DNA from: an uncultured Nitrospiraceae bacterium
GTDB lineage: Bacteria; Nitrospirota; Nitrospiria; Nitrospirales; Nitrospiraceae
Assembly: GCA_963706325.1 (NCBI GenBank)
Contig: CAVPLT010000007.1
Coordinates: 480,001 to 544,000, forward strand
Direction: 5' to 3'
DNA: 64,000 nt
Part shown: positions 44,076 to 53,729 of the stretch, piece by piece
Layout: every line of letters begins with the position of its first letter
Numbering within the stretch: position 1 is the first letter of the stretch
Position numbers and translations under genes: made by a program
The notes under the pieces: generated by a model
Told to the model about the DNA's origin: nothing
What the model saw: the letters and a program-made list of their open reading frames with translations, nothing else
Databases searched by the model: none

Positions 44076-45749
44076 CTAGGTCGTCACCGCGCCTTCGGAA
44101 GCGGAAGAAACATGGCGGGCATATTTTCCCATCACTCCCGACAAGTACCGGGGAGCGGGGTATGTCACCTTTTTGAGCCGCGCCGTAAGTTCCTTCTGAG
44201 TGAGTGCGACATCAAGCCGTCGCTTCGCGATGTCAAAGGTAATGGTATCGCCGTTTTTCACGGCGCCGATCGGGCCACCTTTGACGGCTTCCGGCGCCAC
44301 ATGTCCTGCCATCAAACCATGGGTCGCTCCGGAGAATCTTCCATCGGTGAGGAGCGCGACAGAATCGCCGAGTCCTGCCCCGACGATGGCCGCGGTCACA
44401 CCTAGCATTTCTCGCATGCCCGGACCGCCCGATGGTCCTTCGTATCGAATGACGACCACATCGCCGGATTTGATTTTTCCTGCTTGGACGGCCAGGAAGG
44501 CATCTTCCTCACGATCAAACACCTTGGCGGGCCCGCTGAAATGCATGATGGAATGGCCGGCCACCTTGACCACGCATCCTTCCGGCGCCAGGTTGCCCTT
44601 GAGAATGACCATTCCTCCCGTCGGCTTGATCGGCTTCGACAATGTACGCAGTACTTGTTGATCGGGCTTCTCCTGAGCGGTCTTGGCCTCCTCACCGATG
44701 GTGCGCCCGGTAACGGTGATCTGGTCAGGGTGCAGGATCTTCGCATCCAGCAAACGTTTCGCGACCAAGGTGGTTCCGCCGGCCGCATAAAGATCCGCCG
44801 CAGTAAATCGGCCGCCCGGCTTCAGATCCGCCAGCAACGGCACCTTCCGATTGATCTTGTCAAAATCGTCGATGGTCAGTCGCACGCCCATTTCGCGCGC
44901 GATAGCCAGCAGGTGGAGCACGGCGTTGGTCGAACCGCCGGTCGTCGCAACGGCGGCGATGGCATTTTCGATCGATCGGCGCGTGATGATCTGCTTGGGG
45001 CGAATGTCTTTCTTGAGCAGGTCCATGACCAGTTTGCCGCATTCAAAGGCTACGTCGTCTTTCTTTTGGTCCATGGCCGGAACGCCGTTCCGTCCCATCG
45101 CCGAGATTCCCAGGAATTCGAACGCGATGGCCATGGTATTGGCGGTAAACTGGCCGCCGCAGGCACCGGGGCCAGGGCAAGCGTGATCTTCCAGATCTTT
45201 CAATTCCGCATTTGTCATGGTACCGGCGGCATGTTTTCCCACTGCTTCGAAGACGTCCTGAATCGTGACGTCGTGTCCCTGGAATTGTCCCGGCATGATG
45301 GATCCGCCGTAGATCATGAGCGAGGGAATGTTGAGCCGGCAGAGTGCCATGACCGTGCCGGGAATGGTTTTGTCGCAGCCTGACAGGGCCACGACGCCGT
45401 CGAACAGGTGACCGCGGGCGACCAGCTCGATGGAATCTGCAATCACCTCCCGACTGATGAGGGACGCTTTCATGCCTTCCGTGCCCATGGAAATGCCGTC
45501 GGATACAGCGATGGTATTGTACTCAATCGGGGTGCCGCCGGCCGCTCGGATCCCGGCCTTCACCCGTTCGGACAGGCGGCGAAGGTGATAGTTGCACGGC
45601 ATGACTTCAATCCAGGTATTGGCGACGCCGATCAAGGGGCGTTCAAGGTCGGCATCCGTGAAGCCGACCGCTTTCAGCATGGCGCGAGCAGGGGCGCGGC
45701 CCGGTCCGTCGAGTAACTTGTGGCTCTTGTGTCGAGGGTCGATCGTCAT
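44076..45749 (-). CDS. ilvD: Dihydroxy-acid dehydratase
   Basis: PCN, SDGISMG, GCDKTIPG, CGGQFTANTM, GGSTNAVLH, PGMREM, TDGRFSG. Confidence 0.96.
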   Translation of the reverse strand: MTIDPRHKSHKLLDGPGRAPARAMLKAVGFTDADLERPLIGVANTWIEVMPCNYHLRRLSERVKAGIRAAGGTPIEYNTIAVSDGISMGTEGMKASLISREVIADSIELVARGHLFDGVVALSGCDKTIPGTVMALCRLNIPSLMIYGGSIMPGQFQGHDVTIQDVFEAVGKHAAGTMTNAELKDLEDHACPGPGACGGQFTANTMAIAFEFLGISAMGRNGVPAMDQKKDDVAFECGKLVMDLLKKDIRPKQIITRRSIENAIAAVATTGGSTNAVLHLLAIAREMGVRLTIDDFDKINRKVPLLADLKPGGRFTAADLYAAGGTTLVAKRLLDAKILHPDQITVTGRTIGEEAKTAQEKPDQQVLRTLSKPIKPTGGMVILKGNLAPEGCVVKVAGHSIMHFSGPAKVFDREEDAFLAVQAGKIKSGDVVVIRYEGPSGGPGMREMLGVTAAIVGAGLGDSVALLTDGRFSGATHGLMAGHVAPEAVKGGPIGAVKNGDTITFDIAKRRLDVALTQKELTARLKKVTYPAPRYLSGVMGKYARHVSSASEGAVTT

Positions 45750-45995
45750 GGAAACTCCTTGATCTGTGGGACTGCAATCTACTGTTTAGCGCTCCACTTC
45801 AAGTGGGTCGCAAACTGTCGCACAGATAGGCGGGGAGGGTCAATCTGCTGCAGCTAAGAGCCTTGCGGATTTCGAAGCCACGCGAGTCGTGATGGTAGGG
45901 TTGTCGAAATGGTATGGGTTATGGGTAGTAGGGCGACGTGAACGATGCAAGCACGAGGCAGGGCAGCACTCAAAATGTTGCCCTGCCGAGCAAGC

Positions 45996-46355
45996 TTAGT
46001 GCGTCTCTTTTTTGTCCTTCTTCTCGTGTTTCTCGTGTTTGGCTTCGGTATCGATGATCGTGCCCGTGCCGGCATCGATATGGACTTCCGTCACCTTGCC
46101 ATCAGCTCCCAGCACCTCAACCTCCCAGACCGTCTTGTCGTGCTTCTTTTCCAGCTCAGCTTCGACCACGGTGCCAGGCACCTTCTCCGAGGCCGTTTTG
46201 ATAGCTTGATCGATGGTCACCTTAGCGTCCTTCACTAGGTCGGCGACGTGACCTTCGTCGTGCTTGCCTTTATGTCCCTTGCCGCTCCAGGCCGGGGTGC
46301 CCGTGAAACAGAGCGCGCCGAGTATCAATGCTGGTACGGCGATATGCTTGATCAT
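45996..46355 (-). CDS. PepSY domain periplasmic protein
   Basis: Signal peptide; IDQAIKTA...PGTVVEAELE...WEVEV...IDAGTG; His/Lys-rich termini; RBS GGAGG. Confidence 0.8.
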   Translation of the reverse strand: MIKHIAVPALILGALCFTGTPAWSGKGHKGKHDEGHVADLVKDAKVTIDQAIKTASEKVPGTVVEAELEKKHDKTVWEVEVLGADGKVTEVHIDAGTGTIIDTEAKHEKHEKKDKKETH

Positions 46356-46384
46356 GATGACCTCCGATCTTAGGTAGTGAACGG

Positions 46385-46984
46385 CTATTGGGGTTTAGCT
46401 TGTCCATGGGGGTTTGCGCCTGGAGCATTGCCGCCATGGGGATTCTTGCCATGAGGAGCATCATAGCCGCCCTTGTGCTGTTGCATCGCTTTGTCATGCT
46501 CGGCCTGTTGCTTGGTACGCTGCTCGGGCGTCAACAGCGCCAAGGCTTCCCGTCTGGTCTTGATCGACAACAGCCGCAGTCCGATTTGAACATCCTCGCT
46601 CTGCTTGAGCTTGCTTTCGATGGCGGACATCTCGGTCTTGTCTTCCTCCATCAATGCCCTCAACTCGCGTTCAGCTACCTGAATATCGGCCTCCATCTTG
46701 ATACGATTCTTGTCTAGATTCAGCTGCATTTCCTTGAGTTTGGTGACTTGTTCAGCGCTTAATCCGATGTCTTTTTCATGTTTTAGAAGATGCCGGATGA
46801 GATGGCCTGCCCCGCCATGCATCATCATTTCCATCATGCCCGAGCCGGAACCGTGCCGGCTTCCCTTTTCGGATTTCTCGCCGTGGCCACCATACCCGCC
46901 TTCTGGATTCGCCCACGTGGGAGCAACCGTCAGGGCGCATGCGAGGGCCGATGCCGTGGCAAAAGTGAACAGTTTCGTCGTCAT
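46385..46984 (-). CDS. Spy/CpxP/ZraP-family periplasmic chaperone or metal sensor
   Basis: Signal peptide; LSAEQ and LTPEQ (LTXXQ) motifs; Met/His-rich N-region; NPHG repeats; RBS AAGGAGG. Confidence 0.75.
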   Translation of the reverse strand: MTTKLFTFATASALACALTVAPTWANPEGGYGGHGEKSEKGSRHGSGSGMMEMMMHGGAGHLIRHLLKHEKDIGLSAEQVTKLKEMQLNLDKNRIKMEADIQVAERELRALMEEDKTEMSAIESKLKQSEDVQIGLRLLSIKTRREALALLTPEQRTKQQAEHDKAMQQHKGGYDAPHGKNPHGGNAPGANPHGQAKPQ

Positions 46985-47008
46985 TCATTCCTCCTTCGGT
47001 TAGGTCGA

Positions 47009-47656
47009 TTAATGTCCGGTCAGCCCGCGTAAGAGCCCATGGTCACCGGTGAAGGCATTCACCATAAATTGAACAGCCAGCGCGGCGAGCAACAGGCCCA
47101 TCAAACGGGAAATAATTTTCTCCGCAAGGGGATTCAGCCACTTCGCGCCGCGTGCACCGATCGCTAATATACTGTAACTCGCCAACCCGACGAGTACAAG
47201 GCATCCCAATAAGACGATGCGGAGTATGAATGTTGTCGCATGCGTTTCCAGCAGAATCACCGTGGAGATCGCCGCCGGCCCGGCGAGCATGGGGATAGCG
47301 AGAGGAGTAATGGCGACATCATCTTTGCTGGTTCCCGCGGCCGTTTCCGCAGCGGTTTCCTGTACCGTAGACCGTTGCGCGCGAAGCATATCAAGGGCGA
47401 CCAACAGTAAGATCAATCCGCCCGCAATCTGAACCGCCGGCAGCGTGATGCCGAGAAATTTAAAGATCGTCTGTCCGAACAAGGCGAACCCCGTCAAAAT
47501 TCCCACGGCGACCACACAAGCCATGCGAGCCGTTCGCAAGCGTTGTCCCACCGAATCTCGTGGAGTCATGGCAAGAAACGCCGGCACGACGGCAATGGGG
47601 TCCACGATCACGAAAAGGGAGCTGAACGCGAACAGCGCGTATTCAATGAGGGTCAT
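47009..47656 (-). CDS. marC: MarC family membrane protein
   Basis: IVDP, PLAIPMLAGPAAI, RLMGLLLAALAVQF. Confidence 0.88.
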   Translation of the reverse strand: MTLIEYALFAFSSLFVIVDPIAVVPAFLAMTPRDSVGQRLRTARMACVVAVGILTGFALFGQTIFKFLGITLPAVQIAGGLILLLVALDMLRAQRSTVQETAAETAAGTSKDDVAITPLAIPMLAGPAAISTVILLETHATTFILRIVLLGCLVLVGLASYSILAIGARGAKWLNPLAEKIISRLMGLLLAALAVQFMVNAFTGDHGLLRGLTGH

Positions 47657-47685
47657 GGGGGAGGTAGACCTCGGTGCAATGCTGA

Positions 47686-48714
47686 TCAGGATGAACTGCG
47701 ACGCGAGGCGGCGAGAATCTCCGCACGCGGATCGCTGTGGCGAGCCCGGCCCAGCTGCTCATACAGGGCTCGTTCCTCGTCGGACAGCGTGGTGGGCATG
47801 ACGATCTTCAGTTTGAGAAATAAATCCCCATGATCACCGGTGCCGGTCGGCAATCCCTTGCCCTTCAGGCGAAGTTTTCCGTCGGCCTTGCTGCCGGGTG
47901 GAATCTTTACCTTGACCGGTTCCGTCAAAGTCGGGGCCATCACTTCCGCGCCAAGTGCGGCTTCCCACGGCCAGACCGGCAGCGTGACCTGCACGTCGAC
48001 CCCTTTTTGACGGAAGATGCCGTTCGGTCGAATGTGCACACGGAGGTAGAGATCGCCGGGTTTGCCCCCATTGACACCGGGTTGTCCCTTGCCTGCGATG
48101 CGCATTCGGGTGTCATGTTGTATTCCGGAAGGAATGCGCACTTCAATCGTGCGTTTTTCTGTTTGCGTGCCGGTGCCGCCGCAGACCACGCAAGGCCGGC
48201 CGCGAACAATGGCACTGCCGCCGCACGCTTTGCATGGGATGCGTTGGGTCAGATCGATACGTCGCGAAACACCGCTGAGCACATCCTTGATGGTGAGGTC
48301 GACATCCGTTTCCAGGTCCTCGCCATCGGCTGCAAAACCTGGAGCGCCCCCGCCACGCCCTCGACCGCCAAAGAACGTGTCAAAGATATCCCCGAAATCA
48401 CCGCTATAGCCTCCGCCTGGGCCACCCTGCCCGCCTTGAGTACCAGTCTGCTGACGAGCCTTCTCATAGGCTTCGGCCTGCTCCCAGTTTTGGCCGTACT
48501 GATCATACTTTTTGCGCTTGTCGGGATCCGACAGCACCTCGTGCGCTTCATTCAATTCCTTGAATTTTTTCTCCATCTCCGTTTTTTTTGACCCGGTATG
48601 GAGGTCTGGATGAAATTCGCGCGCCCGACGACGATACGCTTTCTTAATGTCGTCGGCGGACGAACTACGGGGGATGCCGAGTATATCGTAGTAGCCGCGT
48701 TGCGCAGTAGCCAT
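47686..48714 (-). CDS. DnaJ-class co-chaperone (CbpA-like, single Zn finger)
   Basis: J-domain with HPD, G/F region, only two CxxC(xGxG) motifs, DnaJ C-terminal domain. Confidence 0.88.
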   Translation of the reverse strand: MATAQRGYYDILGIPRSSSADDIKKAYRRRAREFHPDLHTGSKKTEMEKKFKELNEAHEVLSDPDKRKKYDQYGQNWEQAEAYEKARQQTGTQGGQGGPGGGYSGDFGDIFDTFFGGRGRGGGAPGFAADGEDLETDVDLTIKDVLSGVSRRIDLTQRIPCKACGGSAIVRGRPCVVCGGTGTQTEKRTIEVRIPSGIQHDTRMRIAGKGQPGVNGGKPGDLYLRVHIRPNGIFRQKGVDVQVTLPVWPWEAALGAEVMAPTLTEPVKVKIPPGSKADGKLRLKGKGLPTGTGDHGDLFLKLKIVMPTTLSDEERALYEQLGRARHSDPRAEILAASRRSSS

Positions 48715-48762
48715 TAGTGTGGGTCCGTCAAAAAATTATGTGCAAAGTGCAATCGTTTCAGG

Positions 48763-48791
48763 AGCTTACGAGGTCTCCCGATGCATTGCAA
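48763..48791 (-). promoter_or_regulatory. Putative sigma-70 promoter for the dnaJ-like gene
   Basis: On the - strand TTGCAA-17 nt-TAAGCT. Confidence 0.45.
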
Positions 48792-48857
48792 GCGACTCGT
48801 GTTTTTCTCCTTGTCTGCCACGGATCTATTAAAGAGATAAGAAACAGTCTGCGGCAG

Positions 48858-49958
48858 TCAAGAGGCTGGGCGTGACCCCATGTCAAACCGGTGGTTGCCG
48901 ATGAAGAAGTGCAGCTTGTTTATGGGGAGAAACATCCAGAGAGCAGACCCTGGCTGTCCTAGAGTTCCTCTACTCGCACGCACGACGAGCGGAAGGTGGC
49001 CGATTCGACAATGGAAGAGGAGGTCAGCGCCGAGGTCTTCAATAAGGTCAACCATCGCCTGCACTCGAATCGTCCCGGCTTCTTCTTGCAGTCGGATATC
49101 TTCAGGGCGGATACCGAGGGTGACAACTGATTCCTCGGTCGGCGGGTGCGCCGGCATAGCGGCCGGCAGCGGAAATTGGAGGGCATCACTGCGAAACAAT
49201 AGCTGATCTTTCTGCCGTGTCACAGTCCCCGGCCAGAGGTTCATGGGTGGCGTGCCGATGAAGGAGGCGACGAAAGGGTCGGCGGGGGCCGCATAGAGGC
49301 GTTGAGGAGGATCAACTTGTCTGACGTGGCCGCTCTCCAGTACGACGATGCGATCGCCCAACGTCATCGCTTCGACCTGATCGTGGGTGACATAGATGAT
49401 GGTGGCCTGCAGCCGCTGCTGTAATTTCTTCAACTCGATGCGCATCGAGGTGCGCAGTTGGGCATCCAGGTTGGAGAGCGGCTCATCGAACAGAAACAGT
49501 TTGGGCTTGCGCACGATCGCCCGCCCCATCGCTACCCGCTGTCGTTGACCGCCGGACAAGTCTTTGGGCTTGCGGTCCAGCAGGGGATGAATGTCCAATA
49601 GCTGGGCGGCCTCCGCGATGCGCGTTTCGATGACGTGGCGTGGGGCGCGGTGCATCTTAAGAGCAAAGGCGAGGTTTTCACGAACTGACAGATGCGGATA
49701 GAGCGCGTATTGCTGGAAGACCATCGCAATGTCGCGTTCTGCCGGGGGCAGGTGATCAACCCCCACACCGTCGATGAGAACCTGACCGGATGTCTGGTTG
49801 TCGAGCCCGGCAATGATGCGCAGGAGCGTCGATTTGCCGCAGCCGGACGGCCCGAGCAGAATCGTAAAACTCCCATCCGAAACCTGCAGCGAGATGTCGC
49901 GCAGCACTGGCTGGTCTCGGAACGACTTTGAGATATGACGGAGCTCGAGTTCAGCCAC
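48858..49958 (-). CDS. Carbohydrate ABC importer ATPase (MalK/UgpC family)
   Basis: GPSGCGKS, FQQYALYPH, LSGGQRQR, DEPLSNLD, VTHDQ; C-terminal TOBE domain. Confidence 0.9.
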   Translation of the reverse strand: MAELELRHISKSFRDQPVLRDISLQVSDGSFTILLGPSGCGKSTLLRIIAGLDNQTSGQVLIDGVGVDHLPPAERDIAMVFQQYALYPHLSVRENLAFALKMHRAPRHVIETRIAEAAQLLDIHPLLDRKPKDLSGGQRQRVAMGRAIVRKPKLFLFDEPLSNLDAQLRTSMRIELKKLQQRLQATIIYVTHDQVEAMTLGDRIVVLESGHVRQVDPPQRLYAAPADPFVASFIGTPPMNLWPGTVTRQKDQLLFRSDALQFPLPAAMPAHPPTEESVVTLGIRPEDIRLQEEAGTIRVQAMVDLIEDLGADLLFHCRIGHLPLVVRASRGTLGQPGSALWMFLPINKLHFFIGNHRFDMGSRPAS

Positions 49959-49995
49959 AGCGATCTTCCTACCAAATAACCGTTAACAGTGCGCA

Positions 49996-50121
49996 CAGAA
50001 TGTTCAACCAGGCTGTCCAGCAAGGCCGCAGGAAGTACGGCGACCGAGGCGTACCCGCCGGGTACGTCGCAGGGTGGCGTGCGACCGAGAACGCCGCTGG
50101 AAGCCCGTTTTCAACATTCTG
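49996..50121. repeat. 126-bp MITE/REP-like element with imperfect terminal inverted repeats and internal hairpin
   Basis: Left end CAGAATGTTCAACCAGGCTGTCCAGC vs reverse complement of right end CAGAATGTTGAAAACGGGCTTCCAGC (19/26 identical by eye); central perfect hairpin CGTACCC-GCC-GGGTACG (50050-50066). Confidence 0.7.
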
Positions 50122-50937
50122 CTAGCCTTTCACCGCGCCGGCGGACAATCCGCTCACAATCCAGCGTTGGCAGAGCAACACGACCACAATCAGCGGGAGC
50201 GTTGCGACGACCGAGGCGGCAGCCAATTCGCCCCAGGGCATGCTGAACTCTCCCTGGAAGAGCGCGATGCCGACCGGAAGTGTTTGCTGTTCCGGTTGTG
50301 TCAGGATCAGTAACGCGAAGAAAAACTCATTCCAGGCATAGATCAGAATCAAAATGGCGGCGGTGAAAATCCCGGGCGCGGCCAGCGGGAGCGTAATGCG
50401 TAGCAGGGTGCCCCAGGGACCGCAGCCGTCAACACGCGCGGCATCCTCCAACTCAGGCGGCAGCTCTTTGAAGAAGCTGGCCAGAATCCAAATGGCGAGC
50501 GGCAGGGTCAGGGCCACATAGGGAAGGACGACGCCCCAACGGTGGTTGAGCCCACCGAGGACATCGAGCAGACGCCATACGGGTCCGGCGATAGCCATTT
50601 GGGGAAACATTGAGACGCAGAGCAGTACCGCCAGAATGCCTTGCTTGCCGGGAATGGTGAGCCGCGCCAGCGCGTAGGCGGCCGGAATCGCAATCAGCAA
50701 GGACAGCAAGGTCGTCGAGCCGGCCACCACGATGCTATTGACCACATAGTCGAACAGATGATGATCGAAGAGCACCGAGCGATAAAAGCTCAGGCTGCCC
50801 GACGGCCACCAGGTGGGCGGCACGGTTTCGATGTCGGCCGGGGACTTTAATGAGGTGAGCAGAAACCATAGGAAGGGCGAGAGACTCACGCCGACCGCGC
50901 CGACAATGCCAAGCGCGAGGAAGAGGCGTCGGTTCAT
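50122..50937 (-). CDS. Carbohydrate ABC permease (MalG-like)
   Basis: ATG 50937 (MNRRLFL); EAA loop ELEDAARVDG; AWNEFFFA. Confidence 0.9.
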   Translation of the reverse strand: MNRRLFLALGIVGAVGVSLSPFLWFLLTSLKSPADIETVPPTWWPSGSLSFYRSVLFDHHLFDYVVNSIVVAGSTTLLSLLIAIPAAYALARLTIPGKQGILAVLLCVSMFPQMAIAGPVWRLLDVLGGLNHRWGVVLPYVALTLPLAIWILASFFKELPPELEDAARVDGCGPWGTLLRITLPLAAPGIFTAAILILIYAWNEFFFALLILTQPEQQTLPVGIALFQGEFSMPWGELAAASVVATLPLIVVVLLCQRWIVSGLSAGAVKG

Positions 50938-51845
50938 GCCCGTCCGCGCTCCAGAAGATTTGACCCGATCGCGCGTAGGTAGATGAGCGAGAGCGCCAAG
51001 ATCATGAGAAACACGGCCACAGAAATGGCTGAGCCATATCCGATCCGGCCTTCGGTAAAGAGGGTCTGGTAGCCGTAGAACTGCAGCACCTGGGTTGCGT
51101 CGCCAGGACCGCCCTGCGTCATGACGAAGACGAGATCGAACACACGAAAGGCATCCATGGTGCGAAACAGCAGCGCCAGCAGCAGCGCCGGTTTCAACAG
51201 CGGTAGGGTAATATGCCAAAACCGCTGCCAGGCTGCGGCGCCATCTACCTTGGCGGCGTCATAGAGGTCGTCGGAAATGACTTGCAGGCCCGCCAAGATG
51301 AGCAGGGCGGCAAAACAAGAAGTCTTCCAGACATCGGCGAGGACGATGATGCCGAAGGCGATACTCGGATAGGCCAGCCAAGGAATGTACGCGGCCACGC
51401 GGTCGCCGAACAACAGGAGATTCGCGACACCATACTGATCGTTGAAGATGTACCGCCACAACTGCGAGGCCACCACCGTGGGAATCGCCCAGGGGATCAG
51501 AATGGCGGCGCGCACGAGACCTCGACCGCGAAACCGCTCATGAATCACCAACGCAATTACCAGCCCACAGGTCAATTCCAGCACGGTTGAGAGCAGCACG
51601 AAGGCGAGGGTGACGAACAACGCTTGGTGGGCGACCGGATCTCGCAGAAGGTTGAGATAGTTTTCGAAACCGATAAACGATCGGCCGAGCGACGGAATGC
51701 CCACGAAGATGTGGTGCAGACTCAGCCAGAACGAATCCAGCACGGGATAGAGCGCAAAGACGAGCGTGACGAGCAGCGCCGGCGCCACCATCGTCCAGGC
51801 CGCCAGGCTTTCGCGATGGCGAGCGACCGCTTCAGGAAGACTCAT
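50934..51845 (-). CDS. Carbohydrate ABC permease (MalF-like)
   Basis: ATG 51845 (MSLPEAV); FIGFENY, LYDAAKVDGA, FDLVFVMTQGGPG. Confidence 0.9.
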   Translation of the reverse strand: MSLPEAVARHRESLAAWTMVAPALLVTLVFALYPVLDSFWLSLHHIFVGIPSLGRSFIGFENYLNLLRDPVAHQALFVTLAFVLLSTVLELTCGLVIALVIHERFRGRGLVRAAILIPWAIPTVVASQLWRYIFNDQYGVANLLLFGDRVAAYIPWLAYPSIAFGIIVLADVWKTSCFAALLILAGLQVISDDLYDAAKVDGAAAWQRFWHITLPLLKPALLLALLFRTMDAFRVFDLVFVMTQGGPGDATQVLQFYGYQTLFTEGRIGYGSAISVAVFLMILALSLIYLRAIGSNLLERGRA

Positions 51846-53290
51846 GGCGCTGTCCTCGTCAGCGCGAGAAGGGCATCGATGCGGGCGTCGGTCATGGCGG
51901 CTTCTTGAGCGAGATCGATGCCGTCGATGGCCACCGCGCGGCTGAAATAACGTTGCAGCAAATGGGAGAGAGCTGGGTAAACCGGTGAACGCGGGCGCGC
52001 AATCGCCGACTGCAGGACGGAGAAGTGGTTGCGCAGCTGCGGCATCGTCCTCAGCAGTGCGGCATCGGCAAACAATGCCTGACGCGACGGCGCAATGCCG
52101 GCCTCTTGCGCGAATTTCCTTTGTATGGCGTGGCTGGAGAGAAACTCGATGAGCGCCCAGGCTTCGTCCGGATGGTGCGAATAGGCGCTGATGCCATAGA
52201 GCCAGCCGCCGAGCGTTGCCGCCTGGCGCCCGCCTGCAAAACCGGGCAGCGCGGCGACACCGACCTTCCCGGCAATCGTCGAACGAGTTGGGTTGTTCGC
52301 AAGTTCCCAGGCGTAGGGCCAATTCCGGTGAAACACAGCATGCCCTTGAAGAAACACGGAGAGGGATTCCGGTTCTTGATAGGTCAGGGCCGCGCGTGAA
52401 GCGAGTCGGCCGATGATCCGGTCACGGACGAACTGCACGGCCGCGAGGGCTTGTGGCGTGGCCAGTGTCGACTTGCTGGCATCCGCGGTCAGGAGTGCGC
52501 CTCCATTCCCTTCGATGAATTCCAGCATGTGACAGACCAAGCCTTCATATTGTTTGAACGGTGCCGAATAGCCGCGCAGGGTGGGGGTGGCCTGTTGTTC
52601 TCCGGCGACGATGTGATCGGCCTGCCGGGCCAGTGCTTCCCACGTGGTCGGCACAGCGAATCCGTATTTTCTGAGAAGGTCCTGGCGGTAGTAGAGCAGG
52701 CCTGCATCGATGCGACTCGGGATCCCATAAAGGTGTGCTCCGTATCGACCCACTCCTACGGTGGCCGGAAGGAACTGATCGCGCATGGCCGGTGAAAACC
52801 GGTCGTCGAGTGAACGAGCCCATCCGGCGGCGGCAAACTCCGGCACCCAGATGACATCCATGAAGAACACGTCGACCGTCGCATCTCGATTTTTCAACTT
52901 TTGGGTCAGCAGGTCGTGATAGGCCGTGGAGGAATGCGGCGCGAGTTCGCGCACGACTGAGATGTGCGGATGAGCCTTCATGAACTGAGCGATTGCGTCG
53001 TCCCACACGCGTTGATGGTCAGGTTTCCAGGAGACGAAGCGCAGGGTGACGGAATCAGTAGAGGCTGTTGTGGGGCCGTCAATTGAGGCTTGAACCGGTC
53101 CCTCTAATGTGACTAGCCAGAAGTTCAGCAGGATTAGGCAAATGGCTGTAATCGATGGGTGAGGGATGTGATCCGTAAGACTCGACCGTCCTCTGGCAGT
53201 AGTGCATAGATCGGTTCGAGGCCCGCGCACTTCTCCAGATGAATATCCTTGCATCGTCTTCTTTATACACAGGGAGGAGACACGACGCAA
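51842..53290 (-). CDS. Carbohydrate ABC substrate-binding protein (trehalose/maltose TMBP-like); true start uncertain
   Basis: MDVIWVPEFAAAGW, QYEGLVC, RNWPYAW, TLGGW and RPRSPVY motifs; hydrophobic signal-like stretch ITAICLILLNFWLV. Confidence 0.82.
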   Translation of the reverse strand: MRRVSSLCIKKTMQGYSSGEVRGPRTDLCTTARGRSSLTDHIPHPSITAICLILLNFWLVTLEGPVQASIDGPTTASTDSVTLRFVSWKPDHQRVWDDAIAQFMKAHPHISVVRELAPHSSTAYHDLLTQKLKNRDATVDVFFMDVIWVPEFAAAGWARSLDDRFSPAMRDQFLPATVGVGRYGAHLYGIPSRIDAGLLYYRQDLLRKYGFAVPTTWEALARQADHIVAGEQQATPTLRGYSAPFKQYEGLVCHMLEFIEGNGGALLTADASKSTLATPQALAAVQFVRDRIIGRLASRAALTYQEPESLSVFLQGHAVFHRNWPYAWELANNPTRSTIAGKVGVAALPGFAGGRQAATLGGWLYGISAYSHHPDEAWALIEFLSSHAIQRKFAQEAGIAPSRQALFADAALLRTMPQLRNHFSVLQSAIARPRSPVYPALSHLLQRYFSRAVAIDGIDLAQEAAMTDARIDALLALTRTAP

Positions 53291-53331
53291 AGGAGATCCT
53301 CGAGAGAGCTTCGTTCGGCAGGGCCTGCCGA

Positions 53332-53718
53332 TTATTTTTTACTTCGAACGGCCAGTTCCCACCGGTAGCCGTCAGGATCGGAAAACCAGATCCCCATGCT
53401 TTTGGAGCCGGGAGCAACCGGTCCGATCTCGTCGCCCGGATCTTCCATCTTGACGCGATTCTTCTTGAGATGGGCCAAGGCTTTTTTCAGCGCGGCCATG
53501 TTCGGCAGATGAAACGAAATGTGGCCGATGGTTTTTGGTGATGGTTTGCCCTTCGAGAAGACGATCAAAACATTGTCGTTGCCGATGCCGACACCACCCT
53601 CATATTCGAATTGCTTGCCCAGTCCGAGGATCTTCATGAACCATTTCGCGCTTGCGCGCGGATCGCGGACGGCGAGCCCAAAATGCCACACTGTGCCGAG
53701 GGTAAAGGGAACTTTCAT
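53332..53718 (-). CDS. VOC/glyoxalase/bleomycin-resistance family protein
   Basis: ATG 53718 behind AAGGAGG; WHFGLAVRD, HISF, WFSDPDGYRWEL. Confidence 0.85.
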   Translation of the reverse strand: MKVPFTLGTVWHFGLAVRDPRASAKWFMKILGLGKQFEYEGGVGIGNDNVLIVFSKGKPSPKTIGHISFHLPNMAALKKALAHLKKNRVKMEDPGDEIGPVAPGSKSMGIWFSDPDGYRWELAVRSKK

Positions 53719-53729
53719 GACAGACCTCC

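Noticed and set aside
45786..45812. CIRCE-like half site TTAGCGCTC near ilvD (other half sites near 10273 and 45964)
   Set aside because: No matching GAGTGCTAA arm at 9-nt spacing, and not upstream of the dnaJ-like gene.
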